From: Corallochytrium limacisporum Hawaii
Lineage: Eukaryota; Protista; Pluriformea
Assembly (NCBI GenBank): GCA_002811645.1
Contig: PDIP01000102.1
Location: forward strand, 27,523-66,552
DNA: 39,030 bases
Reading direction: 5' to 3'
How positions within the stretch are numbered: the first letter of the stretch is position 1; the number at the start of each line of letters is the position of its first letter. Under the pieces are notes generated by a model that saw only the letters and a list, made by a program, of their open reading frames with translations, did no database searches and was not told the DNA's origin. Positions 9,879 through 20,383 of the stretch are shown piece after piece. The position numbers were made by a program, and so were the translations under genes.

Positions 9879-11888
9879 TTACAATGAATCAGCGGTTGAT
9901 GGCACAGTAGAGGACCCCTTGACACTGGCGGGTGGCAGATCCGTCGTGGAAGTTGATGTCCGCACCTGCTGCTCTGCGTAAGCATTGCTCAACAAATGAA
10001 TCCGCAGCCGTAAGCGCAATTCAAATTCGTAGTCAGTCTTGTAACGACGTGTTTGATTCATATACTTTTTGCCCTCAACTACATCACCCTCATGGAAGTA
10101 GATCCGGGCCATCTCGAAACATCCGTAGGGGTAGAGCCAGGGAAGGTCACGTTGGTATGCCTTTGGATTGTGCAATGAGGCATCCGATCCTGTCTTTCCC
10201 TTGCCCATTGGCTTTGTATGGTCGATGCCGGTGTTACTCATGGGGACCACATCGGGCTCGGGCCCCACGTTACCCACGTTGGCCATGGATTCGCGTTCCT
10301 TGGCTTCTTCCCATTGGCTAAGGGCCTGGTCCTCGTGCTCAACCTCTTGGCCTAAACCTGAGGCGAGCTTGTCCAAGACTTGCCTCAGTCCGTGTTTGGC
10401 TTCCATGATCTTACCCTCATTTAATAGAATGATGGCCGCCAAGAAGTCAGCAAGGTCTTGGGACTCCGCACCCCAAGTTGCGGTTGCCTGCATCCAAGCC
10501 AGGTAATGGCCCAGCTTCTCCACAAATTCTCGGTCCATTTGCTCGAAGCCGCCCCACATATAGATGACTACCAAGGGACGCAGAATAGGTGCAAAGTATT
10601 GCGACTTGAGCGCGCGCTGGATGTGTTGTTCAACCGGCATGGTCTTTCCACCGAACTTCTTCTTGCCCACCATGGACTCAGCCTTCTTGAATAGTTCATC
10701 TGCATCGGCAGTAATCGCAATGCCCTTCTCGCGCTTCGTCGACAGTTCTTGGACTCGTTGAAGGACCTTGCAGCATGCTCTCATGTAAACATAGTACGAT
10801 GGAGACCACTCGGACTCTCGTTCCAACACGTTCCAGTAGCGCTCTGACTCCTCGTATTCGCATCGATACATAAAAGTCCATCCCAACTCGTAGTCACATA
10901 AATGGCGCATTTGAGCAAAGTTCATCATAGCCTCCCTTGCCTTTGTGAAGTCCTCCAAAGCCGGCTCGGTGTCCTTCTTAATACGCAACAGGCGCCCTCG
11001 CATAAACAGGAATAGTGCACCGTCTGGAAACAGTTCCAGCTGCTTCTTCAAAATCCGCTCGGCTTCTTTGATGCTTGTTTCCGGGCGGCCCCCAAATTGT
11101 CCCTGAAAGACGACATGGAACACAAGCAGACCGAGGGCTGCAATTGGAGATCGGATGCCATTGCGATCCATGGTACGGTTGAGCAACTTGAGGCCAAGTT
11201 CTTGGTCAGCAGTAAAGCCAATGAACTCAATGATACGACGGACTTTGGGAGGCAGCAATGAATTGGTCATGTTGAATTGCCCAATGCCAAACTCAATACC
11301 ACTTATGGTCTCTTCGTCCAGCTCACCGTGGCATTCACCCTCCTGGTAGCGTCTCCAAATATCCTGATACAGTTTCCATGCCTTGTTGATCATCAGGCCA
11401 CCCTTGATGTAGTAGTACCAGGATTCAAGTAGTAGATAGGTTACAGCCTGCATTGTCTGTGCTTCCGCCTCCATTACAATTAGGTGCAGTTCTGGTCCGG
11501 ACATTGGCTTTTTCTCCTCTCCACTGAACCAACGCGTAAACCCGGTGAGTATAGACTCATGGGTCTGGCGTCTGTGGGCGACGGTTTCTGCGTGAGAAAG
11601 CACCTCAAAGGCTCGATCCATGTCTTCTCGCTCGAACGTCATCATGGCACGCAGATGGGAAATTGCACCGTATCCCAAGGCCATCTGTGGGATGTCCTGG
11701 TGAGGCTTGAAGAACTCCTCGGCCTCCTGCTGTCGATTCTGGAAGAACGCAGAAAACCCATCTCGAACTTCGTCCTGGGTGTAACCTTCCACTATTGGAA
11801 GACCAGTCTGTATGTCATAATCTGAAAAGTCACCAGGTTGCAGTTGTTCCTGGCTTTTCTTAGCAGTCTTACGCTTAGATTTTCCCAT
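9879..11888 (-). CDS. TTC39: TTC39/Iml2 family TPR protein
   Basis: Motifs LRAMMTFEREDM, YIKGGLMINKAWKLY, SGIEFGIGQFN...LLPPKVRRIIEFIGF, FPDGALFLF, HLCDYELGW, WSPSYYVY and YEFELRLRLRIH. First ATG is at 11888; the track start at 11930 is GTG. Confidence 0.9.
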   Translation of the reverse strand: MGKSKRKTAKKSQEQLQPGDFSDYDIQTGLPIVEGYTQDEVRDGFSAFFQNRQQEAEEFFKPHQDIPQMALGYGAISHLRAMMTFEREDMDRAFEVLSHAETVAHRRQTHESILTGFTRWFSGEEKKPMSGPELHLIVMEAEAQTMQAVTYLLLESWYYYIKGGLMINKAWKLYQDIWRRYQEGECHGELDEETISGIEFGIGQFNMTNSLLPPKVRRIIEFIGFTADQELGLKLLNRTMDRNGIRSPIAALGLLVFHVVFQGQFGGRPETSIKEAERILKKQLELFPDGALFLFMRGRLLRIKKDTEPALEDFTKAREAMMNFAQMRHLCDYELGWTFMYRCEYEESERYWNVLERESEWSPSYYVYMRACCKVLQRVQELSTKREKGIAITADADELFKKAESMVGKKKFGGKTMPVEQHIQRALKSQYFAPILRPLVVIYMWGGFEQMDREFVEKLGHYLAWMQATATWGAESQDLADFLAAIILLNEGKIMEAKHGLRQVLDKLASGLGQEVEHEDQALSQWEEAKERESMANVGNVGPEPDVVPMSNTGIDHTKPMGKGKTGSDASLHNPKAYQRDLPWLYPYGCFEMARIYFHEGDVVEGKKYMNQTRRYKTDYEFELRLRLRIHLLSNAYAEQQVRTSTSTTDLPPASVKGSSTVPSTADSL

Positions 11889-13420
11889 GTTGGATCGATC
11901 CACCCTCGAAATGGGATCCTCTTTATTCACGACTATCCATTAACCAGTATTCTTCCACAACGCGTTCAAAACACTTAAAAATACCTCGTATGGAGTTTAA
12001 AAGATTACAAACAACCGAACAAAACCATACTCCTTCAGCCAAGCCCATTGGTTGAGACTGTGGGTGAACCCTGTAAGGTCCCTCCTCGAACACCCCCTTG
12101 GCCCGGCCAAATTTGTATTGCGATTTCATTACTGGCGAGTGGGAGAGCGACTAAGCAGCCACGACCGTTACATCTCTCAGTTTCCCCCTTTATCCGATCG
12201 TAGTTCGTAGAGACAGCAAGACCAAGAGTCAGCACACACAGCGCAGCACACAGCTGAGAAGAGCTATCTCCTCCCCTGCTTTTCCTCGACACCGGGAACC
12301 CACCCCCCTTTTCCAATTTTCATTTTCTCTTCCTTCTCAAATTGTTCTATCTCTGAGAAATTGTTATATTCTTCTCCCCAAGACGGACACGGACACACAC
12401 ACACTCTCGCCCGCTCCGTACGTACGGGCGGCCGAACGAATCCCCCCCTCCCCCCCTTTTCCACCAACCCAACCAACACACGACGAGGACCGCTGGCCAG
12501 GCCGTGAAACCAGCTTCGGAGAAAACCAAGAAAATATGGAAACCCATTATTAGGAAATAGGAAAGAACATATCAACACAGCGGCAACCCGGTAAAAATCA
12601 GCCGCAACACACCCACGGCAAGAGTCTCGTTCCCCGTTGTTCCTTGGATCCTTCTCGTGGTTATTAACAAGGGAGGGTGGGGCCGCTTGGGGACAACCTT
12701 GGATTTTTCGGTTTGTGGGCTCCCGCTCTCAAACCCTGGGTTTGCAAGGCCAAAGGGGGGGGGTTGAGGGGCAAAGGCAGGCGTTTGCCCTTCACTCACC
12801 AGAACGGAAGGGAGGAAAACTCTTTTCTGCTGTTCAGTCGGTAGTTGTGGTTCGATTCGGGTTCACCGTCCGGTCCTCGTTGTTTGGGAGGGGGTTCAAT
12901 TTGTTGTCCTTATTTTCCGTACCCCTCTCCCTCCTTTTTGTTTTTTTTCCTCGACGTGGCGCTGTCCACTGTTCTACCTTTGTGGAATTGCAGGGGGTGA
13001 GGGGGCATTTGTGCGCATCCTGACAACCCCCTTCGGTGCGGTTTGCAGGCGTTCTCGTCTGTTGCCCGCCCCTCAGGCCCCTCCGGGGCTCCCCCTTCGG
13101 TGCCTCCGCCAGATGGAACCCCCCCCCCCTTCCCCCCCTTCCGCAGCAGCAGCGGGTCTCCCGGAGTTGCGCGGGTAAAACTCAAAACGGGAACATTTTC
13201 TTGGCGGCTGAGCGGGAAAGAACCGGGAGAATTGAGGGTTCAGCCATTTGGGAAACCCCTCCTTCCTGCTCAGCAGTTGGGACCGCGTGTTTGGAACAAG
13301 GGTGCGCAGGTAGATCAAAGCGGTGTGAACACGGCATGGTGTGGATTGTTACGAATTTGCGCAGGGGGGTATGAAATGGATTGATGAAGTTCATATGGGA
13401 TTATAGAAACAAGTTTCAAC

Positions 13421-14149
13421 ATGGTGAAGTTGACCACAGAGGTCATTCACGACAGTGCACAATTTTTGAACCCTCTCGGTGAGCGTGAGCTGGATCTCAG
13501 TCGCAACCGGATTCCTTACATAGAAAATTTGCTGGCAATTCAAGATGGATTCGATAGCATTGATCTATCATATAATGAAATTACCACTCTAGACGGGTTT
13601 CCTCAGCTACAACGCCTCACGACTTTGAATGTCAGCCACAACCGAGTCAGTCGGATAGCGCCAGAATTTGCCACCAATTTGTCGCATCTGGAAACTTTGT
13701 TGCTGGCCAATAACGCTCTGTCTGATCTGGCTCAATTATGGCCTTTGAGGGCTCTGAAAAATGTACAGAGAGTGGTGCTAATGGGAAACCCATTGGACAG
13801 CCACCCGCAATATAGAGAAGTGATTGCGCACTTGCTGCCCAGCGTGAAACAACTAGACTACAACAAAATCCGCCCACAGGACCGTGAGGCGGCAAGAAAA
13901 CTATTTAACAAGGACAATTTTGGACAGAAACTGTGGGCTGATCTAGAAGGAAAAGCAAGCGCTTTCGCAGGAAAGCGCTCAGCATCAACAGCCATTGCTG
14001 GCGATGGCTCCAATGCAAGTGAGGACGATCCCGAACTTGCCAAACGCAAGAAACTCAAAGCCGACCTCCGCAAGCAGCTGGCAATAGCCACCAGCATGGC
14101 GGACATAGAGCGCATCGAGGAACAGATGGCAGCGCTGGATCAGAATTAA
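13421..14149 (+). CDS. SNRPA1: U2 snRNP protein A' (Lea1), LRR protein
   Basis: MVKLT..., NPLGERELDL, IPYIENL, FDSIDLSYNEI, LRRs and LRRcap YREVI...LDYNKI. Confidence 0.95.
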   Translation: MVKLTTEVIHDSAQFLNPLGERELDLSRNRIPYIENLLAIQDGFDSIDLSYNEITTLDGFPQLQRLTTLNVSHNRVSRIAPEFATNLSHLETLLLANNALSDLAQLWPLRALKNVQRVVLMGNPLDSHPQYREVIAHLLPSVKQLDYNKIRPQDREAARKLFNKDNFGQKLWADLEGKASAFAGKRSASTAIAGDGSNASEDDPELAKRKKLKADLRKQLAIATSMADIERIEEQMAALDQN

Positions 14150-14332
14150 ACAGACTTCATACGCACGCTTCTCATATATCGTGTGATGCAAAAGCCGCAC
14201 GTTCGTTGCTGTAAGGCTCGTAGCGCTGAGGACCTCCCTGAGCTCATGGAATAAAATTAGACTCCCGATCAGTTCCCTTGTTAAAGCAGGGGAGGGGGGG
14301 GTTCCAGGTCTTTAAGTACTGTCGAGGTAAGT

Positions 14333-14440
14333 TTTCGCGCCCAAAGCCGGTTCTCCTCCCTCTTCGGTTTGTGTGTCCGCGAATGAAGGAAAACACAGCG
14401 CATTGTGGCTGGGTGACAGACGGCGCACGTATGCGGGAAA
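14333..14440. promoter_or_regulatory. Candidate E2F sites upstream of RFC3
   Basis: TTTCGCGC(CCAAA) at 14333-14340 and GCGGGAAA (=TTTCCCGC) at 14433-14440 match the E2F consensus TTTSSCGC. Confidence 0.55.
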
Positions 14441-14649
14441 GTGTTGCATAGTCTTCGTCTTTGTACGCGATTGTCACGTCCAAACACACAACGAATAGAG
14501 ATAGTCAAGAACTCTGTTATGCATGGTGCACTGGTAGTTCAAGTGTAAGGAACTTGCTCCATACTTTCGTCGCTTGAGAATTACGATCAGGCTTCAAGGA
14601 TTGTGTCCGGACCAGCCAGGATCCAGAAATTAGAGGGAAAGGAGGAAGG

Positions 14650-15744
14650 ATGTCGTTGTGGGTGGACAAATATCGCCCTCGTGAATTCAGCCAGTGCAGC
14701 TTCCACGATGACATTAATGATAGGATGAAGTGTCTGCTTCAGGCAGGAGGAGAGAAGGGCAAGGCTAGTAGCTCACCAGATTTTCCTCATCTGCTGGTAT
14801 ACGGACCAAGCGGAGCGGGCAAGAAGACAAGGATTATGTGCCTCCTGAGGGGATTGTACGGACCGGGTGTGGAGCGCATGAAGATGGACACAAAGACTTA
14901 TCAGACAGCTGGTGGTACAAAGTTTGAGGTGACTTCTATAGCATCAAACTACCACATCGAGCTGAGCCCTGCAGAAGCGGGCAACAATGATCGCATTGTC
15001 ATCCAGGAAGCGCTGAAGGAGATTGCCAGCGCACAGCAGCTAGATGCAGGCCAACAGAAGGCATTCAAAGTAGTTGTGCTCAATGAAGTTGATGCGTTGA
15101 GTCGCAACGCACAGGCAGCGTTGCGGCGGACCATGGAAAAGTACGCTTCGACTTGTCGCTTGATTCTTTATTGCACCAATGTGTCGAAGGTAATCGCCCC
15201 GATTCGCAGTCGTTGTCTTGGTGTGCGCATCCCTGCTCCTACAGATGTGCAGATCAGTAGTATACTTCACGACGTAGCAGATGCTGAGGGATTCGACTTG
15301 CCCGAGGACTTTGCGCGCAAGGTTTCTGCTGCCTCTGGTCGCAACGCCCGCCGCGCCCTATTGATGCTGGAGGCTGCTCGAATGCGCCAGTATCCGTTCA
15401 AAGCAAACCAGGAAGTTCCACAGCCCGACTGGGAGATCTACGTTCAGGGCACGGCCAAACTAATCTTGGCAAAGCAAGATCCGGAGCAGCTTCTCTTGGT
15501 GCGCGGTCGGCTCTACGAAATTCTGGCCCATTGCATTCCCGTATCCCTTATCATTCGAAAACTTGTCGAGTACCTCTCGCCCCGCTTGGACGATCAGCTC
15601 AAGGTTGATCTGATGAAGTGGGCTGCGTTCTACGAACACCGCGCGTCCCAAGGAAGCAAAGAAATCTTCCACTTGGAGGCGTTCGTCGCCAAGTTTATGG
15701 CACTCTACAAAAAATTCATGTTCGAGAGCTTCGCTGACTTCTAA
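14650..15744 (+). CDS. RFC3: Replication factor C subunit 3 (human RFC3 / yeast Rfc5)
   Basis: MSLWVDKYRP, PHLLVYGPSGAGKKT, FKVVVLNEVD, AQAALRRTMEKY, IRSRC, IFHLEAFVAKFM. Confidence 0.97.
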   Translation: MSLWVDKYRPREFSQCSFHDDINDRMKCLLQAGGEKGKASSSPDFPHLLVYGPSGAGKKTRIMCLLRGLYGPGVERMKMDTKTYQTAGGTKFEVTSIASNYHIELSPAEAGNNDRIVIQEALKEIASAQQLDAGQQKAFKVVVLNEVDALSRNAQAALRRTMEKYASTCRLILYCTNVSKVIAPIRSRCLGVRIPAPTDVQISSILHDVADAEGFDLPEDFARKVSAASGRNARRALLMLEAARMRQYPFKANQEVPQPDWEIYVQGTAKLILAKQDPEQLLLVRGRLYEILAHCIPVSLIIRKLVEYLSPRLDDQLKVDLMKWAAFYEHRASQGSKEIFHLEAFVAKFMALYKKFMFESFADF

Positions 15745-15818
15745 GGTCGTACATAGTTATCTTCCATTAAAAATCATAGGCTCGTAAGTATTTTACTAAG
15801 ACTATCATGCTTTATGCT

Positions 15819-17258
15819 CTACTTGCGTCCGCGTCCACGACCGCGACCGGTTCCACGACCGCCGCGTTGTGATGAACCGGACTTGCCGCCTCCGGTACCA
15901 CCATGAGATGAGCCTTTGACTTTCTGTTGTGACGCCGCACCACTGCCACCTTTGTTACCTCGACGTCCAGGTGCCTCAGTCTTGATGTCCGCTGCCGGTG
16001 TCTTGACATTCTGCGCCTTACTCGATGATCCTGACACCCGCACAGGTTCAGAGGTAGTGGAGCCGCCGGATTCTTTTCCTTTGGCCAACGCTGCAAACGA
16101 CATACCGGCCGCGACCTTGCGACTTGGGGGTAAAGCTGGACGAACTTTCGCTGCCTGCTTCTTCTCCTCCCTATCACCTTCCTTCCCTTTTTTGCTTGCC
16201 TTGTCCTTCTTCTTTCGGCCGGTACGGTCGCGATCTGTCTTGTCCTTGTGATGACCATGATGGTGTTTCTTCCCACTTACAGCAGCAGCCTTTTCAGCTT
16301 TTGCCTTACGCCTGCGTTCAATCTTGTCACGGATCTTTCTCTGACGCTGCTGGCGCAAGTACTCGGTCAATGGGGTGGCCTTGGGTGCATTGCTGTCGTC
16401 ATCCAGGGTCGAATTACTTCCCTTCCGCTTGTCATTGCCACCTTGTAAGCTTGCCTTGCGGCGCAGCATTTCTTGCTCCCGATTCCATGTAACTTCGTAG
16501 CTGACGCGTTGCTCCCTGGGACCTTCCATGTCCTTCACAAATTGCTGAAACTCCGGATCCTTCTCGATTGTCCCCATGCGAGCGTCTGGCTTGCGTTTAC
16601 GTCTCCGCCGTTGTCTCTGTGGCAAAAGTGACGGCATTTCAAACATTTTCTGACTGGGTGCATACTCTACCTGCACTCTATACGATGCACCATCTCCACT
16701 GCTCTTAAAGATACGTTCGTTCATATCGTCGTAGAACGTCTTGAGGGCCTCGCGGGTGCGGAATGTAACGTATGCGCGACTAAAGTTGATATTAGTCTCC
16801 TTGCGAGGCTTGCCATTGGTATCCAGTGCACCCGGTACAAAATACCACCCCGTTATCAGTGGAGCATTCGGATCGTCTACATCCATAGCATCGCTATGGT
16901 CATCAACAGGCTCACCATTGGCCAAGGACAAGAGTCTACGCTTTGCTTCCTCGGCCTCCTCAGCCCCGGTTTTCTTTACTTTCGGTCGGTCGATCATTGG
17001 GTCAATGAAGGTTGCTTTGAAGAAATCCTCAGGTAAATGTGGCGGTAAGTGCCGGACCACCACCCTAAGATTCTCCTTTGGCTGTTGGGGTGCCTCTTCT
17101 TTCGCGGAGTGTGGTCGGATGACTGGGAGCTTGTCTAATGTTGCGGCATCGATACGCTTCAGATTACCATTGGGTGAGGTGACCACTGAACCATCACCTT
17201 GTGCTGCTGCCTCTCGAGGGCCGTCATTCCGGTTTCTCCGGCCTCTATTTCTGCCCAT
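15819..17258 (-). CDS. UPF3: Nonsense-mediated decay factor UPF3 (Smg4/UPF3)
   Basis: RVVVRHLPP, WYFVPG, FSRAYVTF, VEYAPSQK, DARMGTIEKDPEFQQF, TPLTEYLR, followed by a basic tail. Confidence 0.92.
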   Translation of the reverse strand: MGRNRGRRNRNDGPREAAAQGDGSVVTSPNGNLKRIDAATLDKLPVIRPHSAKEEAPQQPKENLRVVVRHLPPHLPEDFFKATFIDPMIDRPKVKKTGAEEAEEAKRRLLSLANGEPVDDHSDAMDVDDPNAPLITGWYFVPGALDTNGKPRKETNINFSRAYVTFRTREALKTFYDDMNERIFKSSGDGASYRVQVEYAPSQKMFEMPSLLPQRQRRRRKRKPDARMGTIEKDPEFQQFVKDMEGPREQRVSYEVTWNREQEMLRRKASLQGGNDKRKGSNSTLDDDSNAPKATPLTEYLRQQRQRKIRDKIERRRKAKAEKAAAVSGKKHHHGHHKDKTDRDRTGRKKKDKASKKGKEGDREEKKQAAKVRPALPPSRKVAAGMSFAALAKGKESGGSTTSEPVRVSGSSSKAQNVKTPAADIKTEAPGRRGNKGGSGAASQQKVKGSSHGGTGGGKSGSSQRGGRGTGRGRGRGRK

Positions 17259-18058
17259 GGTGTAAGCGTGCGTCTGATTGTAATTCTACATCTAACCATT
17301 AGTCCTCATGGCTTTAACTCCGCTACATTTCACCCTCAGGACTGCACGTCTCTATCCTCCCTGGACACGTTGGTGTACAGTATCTACAGGTGTTCATGTC
17401 ACAGCTTGAGTGCTGAAGTACCCCTTGAGAACCAATTCCTCTGTGAATTGACTTTGCTGGCAGGGCCGTCATCGCTCAGCCCCTCGGGCGACCGGCACTC
17501 CTTCCTTCCTCATGCACACAGTCTCCCTCACCCAGCTGGTGCCAGCAAATGACGCCAGAGACCCCCCAACAAAAAAGAAAGAACCGGGAAGGGCAAAGAA
17601 GCCATTTATGATTTATCGATTTACTATGGAATCTTAACTAAATTATGGGAAGAACGGTCAAATCAATAGATTCAATACGTACTATGTTATGCATGGGAAA
17701 ATGAAATCAAAAATGGAATCAGTTGCCAGCTGCGGCAGCGGTGGCAGGTCCACACGGATCTGGGTGCGTACGGTCGCCTCGGTGTCCCTCAATTTTTTCG
17801 TCACGGGACGCGGCGAGCGACGTGCTCAGGGGACAATGTAGCGAGCAAACGGGCGGATCGGTGGATGAGACCAACATAAGGCGAGGCTCAATCGCGCAGG
17901 AAAGCACAAATACTTATTTAAACGATTATGTACTCGGAGCTTCGGGGTGTGATTCCCAGCTAGCGACAGAAAGGAGAATATGAGACGAGATCGGGATTCC
18001 GGGGGGCTTCGAAAACGATTTGGGACCATAATGGATGCACTATAGTTAGAAAGTAGCC

Positions 18059-18325
18059 ATGGCAATTCTACCGGAGAAACTAGAGCATGTCAAGGTGACG
18101 ATCCGCTGTCGACCTTTGACTGCTAGAGAGATGGAACAAGGACATCATTCCGCAGTCTACGTGAACACAAGAAGCAAAACTATCGATGTTGAAAGGACTG
18201 GTGTTGACAAGCACGGAAATGAGAAGAAAAAGAAGAAGAGGTTCACTTTTGACATTGTGTACGGGCCAAATGCTCGGCATCCAGGAAAACAAAGTATCGC
18301 GTCCACGCGAGCTATTTGGGAATAA
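18059..18325 (+). pseudogene. Kinesin motor N-terminal fragment (kinesin-2/KIF3-like), 88 aa; truncated gene or microprotein
   Basis: VKVTIRCRPL...RE...AVYV...TIDV...RFTFDIVYGP matches the start of a kinesin motor. The ORF stops before the P-loop (GQTGxGKT). Confidence 0.8.
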
Positions 18326-18405
18326 ACAATGAAAAATAACCAGGCTGTTGCAGAACAGTCGGGAGTGCTGCAGCAACAATGAGTTTTAATACTTCTATAC
18401 CATTC

Positions 18406-19566
18406 TTAGCCGTCCCAGAACTGGCTTCCCGTGTTAAGCTCTCGCGTGTTGGCAACAGTGGTCGTGCCGCCAGTGGCACTGGCCGCCGCCGTGTAGGCAT
18501 CGCTCTCGCTGGGTAAATTGATTGGAGGGCGAAATTCTGTGCCTGGAGTCGGTCCGCGCATGATGGCCCGGTCGTATTCGCGCCGCCGCTGCAGACGTAG
18601 AGTCTCCTCGAGCGTTAGACCGTCGTGCTTAATGCACCGAGAGACGAGAATCACGGCATCGCCCAAGTCAACATTCACATCAGCAAAGAAGCCCTGGACA
18701 GATCCCTGTGTGCAACTCTCCGATGGCGTCTGGCTCGGCGCTGAATTCAGACGGCGACCATAGTGGCCACGGAGAATGCCCTTCTCCACGTCATAATTTC
18801 CTGCTCCTCCATTCTTGATAGCAATCGTTGTCGCCACGTTGACCATGACTTCGTCACGACTCTGTCCGACTGGATGGACAAAGTTTTCTCCACCCATTGC
18901 CTTGCAGAATACCATTGCTGCCACCATATTCTGTGTCTTCAGGGCCATAAAGTCGTAGCCAGGACGCGCGTCGCTGCAGCAGAAGTCGCGCATCCTCGCA
19001 AGTAGTGCCACACTGAGGCCGTGTCCCTGCAGTTCATTGTTTAAAACCAAACCGTGGATAAACCCGATTCGCTGATCCGTTGTGACCAACGGACCGCCGG
19101 CCTCAAAAGCAGCGGGCATGGTCATGGTATTCATTACCACCAGTCCCAAAATACCTTCCTCGAGTGGGTACCCATCATTGTCGTTTTGAGAAACGTCCAT
19201 GTCATCACTCGCGAGGTACTGGGACGGCACGTCGCTCTGACGCACAATGTAGTAGGCGTAGTCGACATCTACTGAATGGCTCCGTGTCTCCTTCCAAGGG
19301 ATGTCCTGTCTATCACCAAATGCTTGGGCTTCAGCTGCCCGCCATGCCACTGTTATGGCTCGCTCACCATCATCTGACCCTCCGAAACATTCTCGCAAAG
19401 TGGTCCTTGGGGAGCGCACTGCGACCACAGTGTAAGACTTGCTATGAAGAATCTTCCGTGACCGTTCTGGCAGCTGCTTGACGTCCAGCACCTCTGCATA
19501 GTTGCCCTCAAAGAGCCTTTGCAAGACAGTGCGCATGTCAGGAGCGTTTTCCATATTATTCATCAT
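18406..19566 (-). CDS. GNAT-like acetyltransferase-fold protein, 386 aa
   Basis: Long ORF with IGFIHGLVLNNELQGHGLSVALL (GNAT motif A, Q-G-x-G-L) followed by FMALKTQN. Confidence 0.7.
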   Translation of the reverse strand: MMNNMENAPDMRTVLQRLFEGNYAEVLDVKQLPERSRKILHSKSYTVVAVRSPRTTLRECFGGSDDGERAITVAWRAAEAQAFGDRQDIPWKETRSHSVDVDYAYYIVRQSDVPSQYLASDDMDVSQNDNDGYPLEEGILGLVVMNTMTMPAAFEAGGPLVTTDQRIGFIHGLVLNNELQGHGLSVALLARMRDFCCSDARPGYDFMALKTQNMVAAMVFCKAMGGENFVHPVGQSRDEVMVNVATTIAIKNGGAGNYDVEKGILRGHYGRRLNSAPSQTPSESCTQGSVQGFFADVNVDLGDAVILVSRCIKHDGLTLEETLRLQRRREYDRAIMRGPTPGTEFRPPINLPSESDAYTAAASATGGTTTVANTRELNTGSQFWDG

Positions 19567-20383
19567 GAGAAGTCAGAAACCACACACGAAACACCTATCA
19601 AGTTCACCGATCAATGATCCCAACCGGGACCAAGCATACCATCGTACGGACGATTTGATCATCTTGTACTTCACAGAGTTGGGTAAATAGCTGATCACCA
19701 TCATTAACACAGAATCAATTCTGTTGATCCCACTCCTTAGGAATATGACAAAATAATGCCTCTCATCAGTTTCCGACTCCATTGTCCTGACCTGCTGGCT
19801 TGCTGATCGGTCCCTGCCCGTCCGCGTCACTTGGATCGGGGGATCGGCCCCTGCCCCCTGCTTCGGGCGGTCTCAGCAGCTTCCAATCCCCAGCCAAACT
19901 CCCTTTCTCGCCCACCCAAAAAAAGCCACTGTGTCATGTGAGCGAGTAAGACTGAGAACCCTAAAACGAAGGAATAGTAATTTATTGAATTGACAGCCCC
20001 AATACGGGCCAACGGCCACTGCTCGCTTGCTATCAGGCCGCGGAGAAGGAAAGCGGGTCAGCGCGCACCCCCCGACGGCGCAGAACAGGCGACTCCTCCT
20101 CGCCCGTAAAACCCGAACTAACTGAACCACCGCCATCCGCTCTCTACGCCCACGGCAGCAAAGGGACAGGGCACACAGACCGAAAACAAAGAAAGTCTCC
20201 GCTCGGGTGTGTATTCGGGGGCGGTCGGGACGGGTATCCACAACCAGCCCTTCGCAATACAAACCGCGGTGCCTTGGTGGGAGCTTTGGGATGGTACTTC
20301 GGTGCGGAAGCGTCGATAAGCACGAAAAGATAACTGGCTAACAACTATAATATCGTTCGTGAAGAACTAGTAGGAACCAAGTG

